64,000 nt of DNA from Steroidobacteraceae bacterium (GTDB lineage Bacteria; Pseudomonadota; Gammaproteobacteria; Steroidobacterales; Steroidobacteraceae). Made by a program: the position numbers and the translations under genes. Shown piece by piece: positions 59,469-64,000 of the stretch; positions within the stretch are counted from its first letter, which is position 1, and every line of letters begins with the position of its first letter. The DNA lies in contig DAIMZW010000001.1 in the NCBI GenBank assembly GCA_036733765.1, forward strand, positions 32,239 through 96,238, read 5' to 3'. The notes under the pieces are model-generated. The model was not told where the DNA came from. It did not search any database and saw only the letters and a list, made by a program, of their open reading frames with translations.

Positions 59469-59836
59469 CGACATTGGGCTATTCAACGGGTTTGTTGCTG
59501 GCGCTGTTGGCGCTGGTCGTGCTGGTGGCGATACCGATCAAGGTCGGGGCGCACCTCGCGGATGCGCGGCGCAACGGTATTTTTTGGTGTGCGCTGGCCG
59601 CCGTGGTCGGTGTGCTAGCCGGACATCTCACCGCGCGTCTGTTCGGCGGCTACATCGGTGGATCGCTCGCGGCGTTTCTGGGATTCATCATTGCGATTCG
59701 CTACCTGCTCGGCACGACGGTAGCCGGTGCGTTGGGACTCACGATCATCGCGCTGGGCGTATCGCTGCTTGGAATCTGGGTGCTGGCTCATTTTTGGTTC
59801 ACGGCCGCCGGGCCCAGCGACGTTTGGGTCATTTAG
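59465..59836 (+). CDS. Hypothetical small membrane protein (about 4 TM)
   Basis: 123 aa with hydrophobic segments. Its ATG overlaps the lipB stop (ATGA). I recognise no family. Confidence 0.5.
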   Translation: MTTLGYSTGLLLALLALVVLVAIPIKVGAHLADARRNGIFWCALAAVVGVLAGHLTARLFGGYIGGSLAAFLGFIIAIRYLLGTTVAGALGLTIIALGVSLLGIWVLAHFWFTAAGPSDVWVI

Positions 59837-59848
59837 ACGCGCACGCTG

Positions 59849-60331
59849 GTGTTATCGATCCCACAAATCAGGCTCGCCACAGCGCAGGATGTGGCCATGA
59901 TCGCCGAGATGTCACGCGACTACATCGAGTATGGCCTCGGCTGGAGCTGGACGCCCGCGCGCGTACGCGCTGCGGTGGGCGACAGATCCACCAATACGGC
60001 CGTGCTGGGCGAACGCGAGGACATCGCGGGCTTCGGCATCATGCACTACGGTGACGATACGGCCCATCTGGCGCTGCTTGCGGTTCGCCCCAACCAGCAA
60101 CAGCGCGGACTGGGCGCGCTGCTGATCTCCTGGCTCGAGAAGCCGGCGCTGGTCGCCGGTATCGAGCGCATTCGACTCGAAGCACGCGCAGACAATCCCA
60201 ATGCCATCGGCTTTTATCGCAAGCAGGGATTCAGGGAATCAGGGCGGATTGCCGGCTACTATCGCGGCGCCGTCGATGCAGTGCGGCTGGAAAAAAGGCT
60301 TGCAGTCGTGCTGCATGCGCCGCGCCCCTGA
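59849..60331 (+). CDS. GNAT-family N-acetyltransferase (RimI-like)
   Basis: 160 aa with a GTG start. It has the QQQRGLGALLISWLE acetyl-CoA motif and NAIGFYRKQGF. Confidence 0.75.
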   Translation: MLSIPQIRLATAQDVAMIAEMSRDYIEYGLGWSWTPARVRAAVGDRSTNTAVLGEREDIAGFGIMHYGDDTAHLALLAVRPNQQQRGLGALLISWLEKPALVAGIERIRLEARADNPNAIGFYRKQGFRESGRIAGYYRGAVDAVRLEKRLAVVLHAPRP

Positions 60332-60430
60332 GCGAGGGAGCTTCGAGGCGCTGGTGCCGCTATGGCCGGTGCTGACGAGCTCTGCGGGTTGCGCGTTGAA
60401 GCAGGGTCCGGTGCGGCGTAGCATCGAGCC

Positions 60431-60793
60431 ATGAGAAGCCTCCTGGTTCACTTGGTCGTCAGTGCGTTGCTGCTGTTGCTCGTCAGCCAATTCGTGACCG
60501 GTATTCATTTCGCCGGTTTTGGCTCGGCGCTGCTGGCCGCGCTGGTGCTCGGTGTAGTGAATTCCCTCGTGCGTCCGATCCTCATTCTCGTGACGCTGCC
60601 GATCACGATTCTGACGCTCGGATTGTTTCTGATCGTCATCAATGCCTTGATGCTCATGCTCACCAGCGCGCTCGTGCCGGGCTTTGTGGTCGCCAATTTC
60701 CTCTCGGCACTCGTGGCCGGTGTGCTGCTCGGTCTGTTCAACCTCGTGGTCAGTTCACTGATGCACCGCGGCGGCGATAGCCGACGTCTGTGA
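60431..60793 (+). CDS. DUF360 / phage-holin-4_2 family membrane protein
   Basis: 120 aa with 4 TM segments. VNSLVRPILILVTLPITILTLGLF is typical of this widely distributed family. Confidence 0.7.
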   Translation: MRSLLVHLVVSALLLLLVSQFVTGIHFAGFGSALLAALVLGVVNSLVRPILILVTLPITILTLGLFLIVINALMLMLTSALVPGFVVANFLSALVAGVLLGLFNLVVSSLMHRGGDSRRL

Positions 60794-60855
60794 CGCGCCC
60801 CATCTCGGGCACAAATGCCACGATTGGCGCGAGTATCGCCTCAGGAGCTTGAGCA

Positions 60856-61233
60856 ATGCATAAGAGCAAACTGGCCGGCTTCATCATCGACTGTCAGACC
60901 GATGAACTGCAGGCAGCGGCCGCGTTTTGGGGTGCGGCGCTGGGTATGCCGGTGCGAGCGCTGTCGCCCGCGGAGGCGCAGTACGTGGAACTCGTCGATC
61001 CACTCGGGCATCTGCACATTGAAGTGCAGTCGGTCCCGCACGCCAGCCGCGTGCATCTGGATATCGAGACCGACGATATCGAGGCTGAGGTGCGCCGGCT
61101 CGAGTCACTCGGTGCGAAGCGCGTCGCTCAGATCAGGACCTGGTGGGTCATGGAAGCGCCGACCGGGCAGCGTTTCTGCGTAGTGCGCGGGACTTCGGCT
61201 GGATTCGCCACCGAGGCCAACAGCTGGTCTTGA
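60856..61233 (+). CDS. VOC (glyoxalase/bleomycin-resistance-fold) family protein
   Basis: 125 aa with a pattern of ...FWGAALGM...HLDIETDDIEAEVRRLESLGA... Confidence 0.75.
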   Translation: MHKSKLAGFIIDCQTDELQAAAAFWGAALGMPVRALSPAEAQYVELVDPLGHLHIEVQSVPHASRVHLDIETDDIEAEVRRLESLGAKRVAQIRTWWVMEAPTGQRFCVVRGTSAGFATEANSWS

Positions 61234-61274
61234 ACGATGTCGCGATGGCGTGCTGTACCTGAATCCGGGCCGGG

Positions 61275-61544
61275 TCAAAGCACCAGCAGCACATGCGGAC
61301 ACAGTTTGAGCGCCTCGAACAGAGCCGCGATCTGGGCTTCACTCGTGGCGCGGATGACATAAGTAATACCCATGAAGCGATTCTGGGCCGAACTGCGTTC
61401 GGTCACCGCCAAGGGGTCCACCGGTCCGGCATGGCGGTCGACGATTGCGTCCACGCGAACGCGCACCCCGGGGTCCGCCCGAACCATGACTTTGATCGGG
61501 TAGTCACAGGGGAAGCTCACGCGTTCAGGGGTTTCGGTGCTCAT
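61275..61544 (-). CDS. ybeD: DUF493 family protein YbeD
   Basis: FPCDYPIKVM is the YbeD hallmark, and it lies near lipB as in other gammaproteobacteria. I chose the start at MSTETPE. The track ORF starts at 61577. Confidence 0.8.
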   Translation of the reverse strand: MSTETPERVSFPCDYPIKVMVRADPGVRVRVDAIVDRHAGPVDPLAVTERSSAQNRFMGITYVIRATSEAQIAALFEALKLCPHVLLVL

Positions 61545-61608
61545 AAGTCGGATCAGTGTATTATGACGTTTTGTCATCGCTGTAGGAGGCTTCCGACAGA
61601 CCCGCAGC

Positions 61609-61635
61609 TTGAAATTCAGGCATTTGTGCTACACT
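61609..61635 (+). promoter_or_regulatory. Putative sigma70 promoter for the RRM gene
   Basis: TTGAAA (61609-61614), a 15-nt spacer, then TACACT (61630-61635) with TG 1 nt upstream (extended -10-like). It would give a leader of about 170 nt. The short spacer makes this tentative. Confidence 0.3.
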
Positions 61636-61811
61636 CGTCGCCGATCGTCGACCGTCCGTGTTTCGTTTGTCTAGGAGCCGAACCGCCTGCGATCATGGTG
61701 ACAGGATCTACGCTTTGACGGCTCGTGAGACGCTCTCTCCCTGACCTCGGTTGTTTTTCCTGCCGTATGCGATCTTCAAGGATCGAACCTGTTCCGGAGA
61801 GTGTGACTTTT

Positions 61812-62156
61812 ATGGCGAAGATTTATGTAGGTAACCTACCGTTCACGGCCAGTGAGGCCGAGGTGCGAACGCTGTTCGCGCAGCATGGCACCGTGGAAGC
61901 CGTGTCGCTGCCGACCGATCGTGAAACCGGTCGTCCGCGTGGCTTTGGATTTGTCGAGATGAGCCAAGCCGATGCCGCTCGTGCAATCCAAAGTTTGAAT
62001 GGCTATTCGATGAATGGTCGTCCGCTGCGCGTCAATGAAGCCCAGGACAAGCCGCGCACTGGCGGCGGTCGTCCAGGTGGTGGCGGTGGCGGTGGCAGCG
62101 GCGGCTTCCGTGGTAACGGCGCCGGCGGCGGCGGCGGTGGTGGTGGACGCTGGTAA
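61812..62156 (+). CDS. RRM-type RNA-binding protein with a Gly-rich C-terminal tail
   Basis: The protein starts MAKIYVGNLPF (RNP2), contains RGFGFVEM (RNP1) and has a C-terminal GGGRPGGGGGGGSGGFRGNGAGGGGGGGGRW tail. The track ORF (61725..) is over-extended. Confidence 0.85.
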   Translation: MAKIYVGNLPFTASEAEVRTLFAQHGTVEAVSLPTDRETGRPRGFGFVEMSQADAARAIQSLNGYSMNGRPLRVNEAQDKPRTGGGRPGGGGGGGSGGFRGNGAGGGGGGGGRW

Positions 62157-62185
62157 GCGGCTCGCAACTCGCTGAACGCGATAAC

Positions 62186-62212
62186 AGGCCCGGGGCGACC
62201 CGGGCCTTTTTT
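62186..62212 (+). terminator. Rho-independent terminator after the RRM gene
   Basis: GGCCCGGG-GCGA-CCCGGGCC is followed by TTTTTT. Confidence 0.85.
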
Positions 62213-62291
62213 ATGGTGCGGCGTCGCCGCGCGAGATTTATGCCGGCGCGGCGCGGTATGCTCCTGCCGCAGGGGAGAATAGGAACTCGAC

Positions 62292-63146
62292 ATGCCTGCA
62301 CCAGGCCACTCACTGCACTTCCCCGGCCGCATCGGTCTTGGCACCTGGAAGATGGGTGCCTCGCGCGCCGCGCACGCGCACGAGATCGCCGCCGTGTCGC
62401 ATGCGCTGGCGGTCGGTTATCGGCTGCTCGATACCGCTGAGATGTACGGTGATGGCGGCGCCGAGGGCATCATCGGCAGCGCCTTGAAGGCCTTTGGGCG
62501 TTCGCGGCGCGATGAGTTGTTCATCGTCAGCAAGCTGTTGCCGGATCACGCTTCGCGCGGCGGGACCATCCGTGCCTGCGAGGCTTCGATTGCGCGCATG
62601 GGTTGTGACTATCTGGATCTATATCTGCTGCACTGGCGTGGAGCGCAACCGTTCCGCGAGACGCTGCGCGGCTTCGATGATCTGCGCCAGCGTGGGCTCG
62701 TTCGCCAATTCGGGGTCAGCAATCTGGACCTGAACGAGCTCGCGCAGTGGCTTGATGTCGAGAAGGCGCTGGCGCTTGAAGCCACGACGCAGTGCAATCA
62801 GGTCTACTACTGCCTCGGGGCGCGCGCCATTGAGTTTGCGCTGCTGCCCTGGCAGCGCGAGCGGGGCATCCAGACAATGGCCTACTCGCCGTTGGGACAG
62901 GGTGCGCTTGCCGCTCATCCCGTACTGGAGCGAATCGGCCGCGAGCGAGGCCTCAGCGCCGCGCAGATCGCGCTCGCCTGGACGATTCGGGAGCCCGATG
63001 TGGTGGCGATACCGAAGTCGGTGCAGCCGCAGCGCATCGAGCAGAATCTGCACGCGGCGCAGCTGCGACTCAGCGCAGCCGAACTGGCGCTGATCGATCA
63101 GACCTTCCCAGCGCCGCGCTCGAAGCAGCCGCTCGCGACCACGTGA
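62292..63146 (+). CDS. Aldo/keto reductase
   Basis: 284 aa with LDTAEMYG, the HW motif in LYLLHW, and IPKS. Confidence 0.85.
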   Translation: MPAPGHSLHFPGRIGLGTWKMGASRAAHAHEIAAVSHALAVGYRLLDTAEMYGDGGAEGIIGSALKAFGRSRRDELFIVSKLLPDHASRGGTIRACEASIARMGCDYLDLYLLHWRGAQPFRETLRGFDDLRQRGLVRQFGVSNLDLNELAQWLDVEKALALEATTQCNQVYYCLGARAIEFALLPWQRERGIQTMAYSPLGQGALAAHPVLERIGRERGLSAAQIALAWTIREPDVVAIPKSVQPQRIEQNLHAAQLRLSAAELALIDQTFPAPRSKQPLATT

Positions 63147-63248
63147 TGCACCATGAAAGTGTTTCACTGCAGCCTCTGACGCAGGTCATTCCCAATCTTG
63201 CAATCGAGGGCAATCGCGAGGCCTGGTTCAAGCTCGAAGCGGCAAAGC

Positions 63249-64000
63249 GTGTCGGGGCCTCCTAGACGCGTCAGCCTGCGGCGTACGTTGGGGCTCGCGC
63301 TGCTCGGCGCGCTGGCAGGGGCACCGGTAGCGGCGAGCGCGGCGCAGAGCGCTTGCACCTATCTGACGCGCACGATCGCGCGACAGCCCGGCGCTGCGCT
63401 GTTTCTGGCGAGCTATCCAGCGGCCGAGCCGGGGCCGCTGCAACAGGCCGCATTTCTGTACGACAACGCCTTGGCGGCGATCGCGCTGATCGCTTGCGGC
63501 CAACCCGCGCAGGCCCGGCGCATCGGCGATGCGATGCTCCTGGGTCTGGAGCACGATCGCTATTGGCATGACGGGCGCCTGCGCAACGGCTATGCGGCTG
63601 GGACCGTGGATGACTCGCCGCTCAAGCTGGCTGGCTGGTGGGACCCCAGGAGCGGACGCTGGTTCGAAGACGATTATCAGGCCGGTAGCGATTCCGGAAA
63701 TATGGCGTGGGCAATGCTGGCGTTGCTCACGCTCGATGCCGACGCACGTGTGCGCGATCCGGGCCACGGCGACGCTCGCTACGCCCGCGGCGCCTTGGCG
63801 CTTGCGCAATGGCTCGAAGGGCTGCGCGATGCGCGCGGCGCCGGCGGCTTTACCGGCGGCAGCTTTGGGTCTGAATCGGCACCGCAGCGGCTGCTCTGGA
63901 AGTCGACCGAGCACAATGTCGATCTGGCCGCAGCGTTCGAGCGCCTGGCCGCGACGAGTGCCGATGCGCGCTGGCAGGCCCAGGCGCAGGCCGCAGTGCA
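63249..64000 (+). CDS. Secreted hypothetical protein, 5' part (runs off the window)
   Basis: It is not in the ORF track because there is no stop in the window. The frame is open from 63180 with a GTG at 63249. The signal peptide is RRVSLRRTLGLALLGALAGAPVAASA, followed by coding-like sequence (FLYDNALAAIALIACGQ...SGNMAWAMLALLTL...). I recognise no family. Confidence 0.5.
   Translation, partial: MSGPPRRVSLRRTLGLALLGALAGAPVAASAAQSACTYLTRTIARQPGAALFLASYPAAEPGPLQQAAFLYDNALAAIALIACGQPAQARRIGDAMLLGLEHDRYWHDGRLRNGYAAGTVDDSPLKLAGWWDPRSGRWFEDDYQAGSDSGNMAWAMLALLTLDADARVRDPGHGDARYARGALALAQWLEGLRDARGAGGFTGGSFGSESAPQRLLWKSTEHNVDLAAAFERLAATSADARWQAQAQAAV

Noticed and set aside
60431-60793. A 'phage holin' family gene as a hint of a prophage or lysis cassette
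   Set aside because: The DUF360/holin-4_2 family is widespread in non-phage contexts. No endolysin, spanin, integrase or other phage genes flank it; its neighbours are GNAT and VOC housekeeping-type genes.
63228-63914. 228-aa minus-strand ORF at the right end of the window
   Set aside because: It is antisense to a better-looking open-ended plus-strand ORF with a signal peptide. Its composition is typical of antisense frames.

Overview
This is a visibly GC-rich, densely coding stretch of chromosome; I did not compute a GC value. I infer it comes from a gammaproteobacterium. That inference rests on classic conserved neighbourhoods: lptD-surA-pdxA-rsmA-apaG-apaH, zapA-6S RNA-ygfA, ygfB-pepP-ubiH-ubiI, lgt-thyA...folA and lipA-lipB, plus a divergent amgK-murU pair, a Clp/Vfr-like regulator and Coq7. 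Almost everything is housekeeping. It covers purine synthesis (purK, purE, purC), TldD/PmbA, ribosomal proteins L13/S9 with a tRNA-Gln, and ubiquinone hydroxylases. It also covers ispG, a glycine-cleavage operon with a split P protein, folate/thymidylate genes, lipoate synthesis and envelope biogenesis. I found no transposase, integrase, prophage block, CRISPR array or recognisable defence island, and I cannot point to a convincing multi-gene novel system. The less ordinary items are:

- a complete-looking 16-codon Lys/Ala-rich mini-gene in an AT-richer island between an EVE-domain gene and rpiA;
- a 968-aa secreted Nma111/DEG7-type tandem HtrA protease with a degenerate second protease half;
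- an orphan ExeA/MshM-like AAA+ ATPase fused to an FHA domain;
- a eukaryote-like aerobic kynurenine-to-quinolinate operon with a divergent cyclase-family formamidase candidate and a trailing class-III aminotransferase;
- a SET-domain methyltransferase plus kup inserted between thyA and folA;
- a Clp/Vfr-like regulator with a Pro-rich/acidic C-terminal tail;
- a 388-bp lower-GC noncoding gap with a perfect 16-bp tandem duplication;
- an RRM glycine-rich RNA-binding protein with a long leader.

Many long ORFs in the six-frame track are antisense or out-of-frame artefacts of high GC. Several track ORFs also carry spurious N-terminal extensions, and I trimmed these using conserved N-termini.
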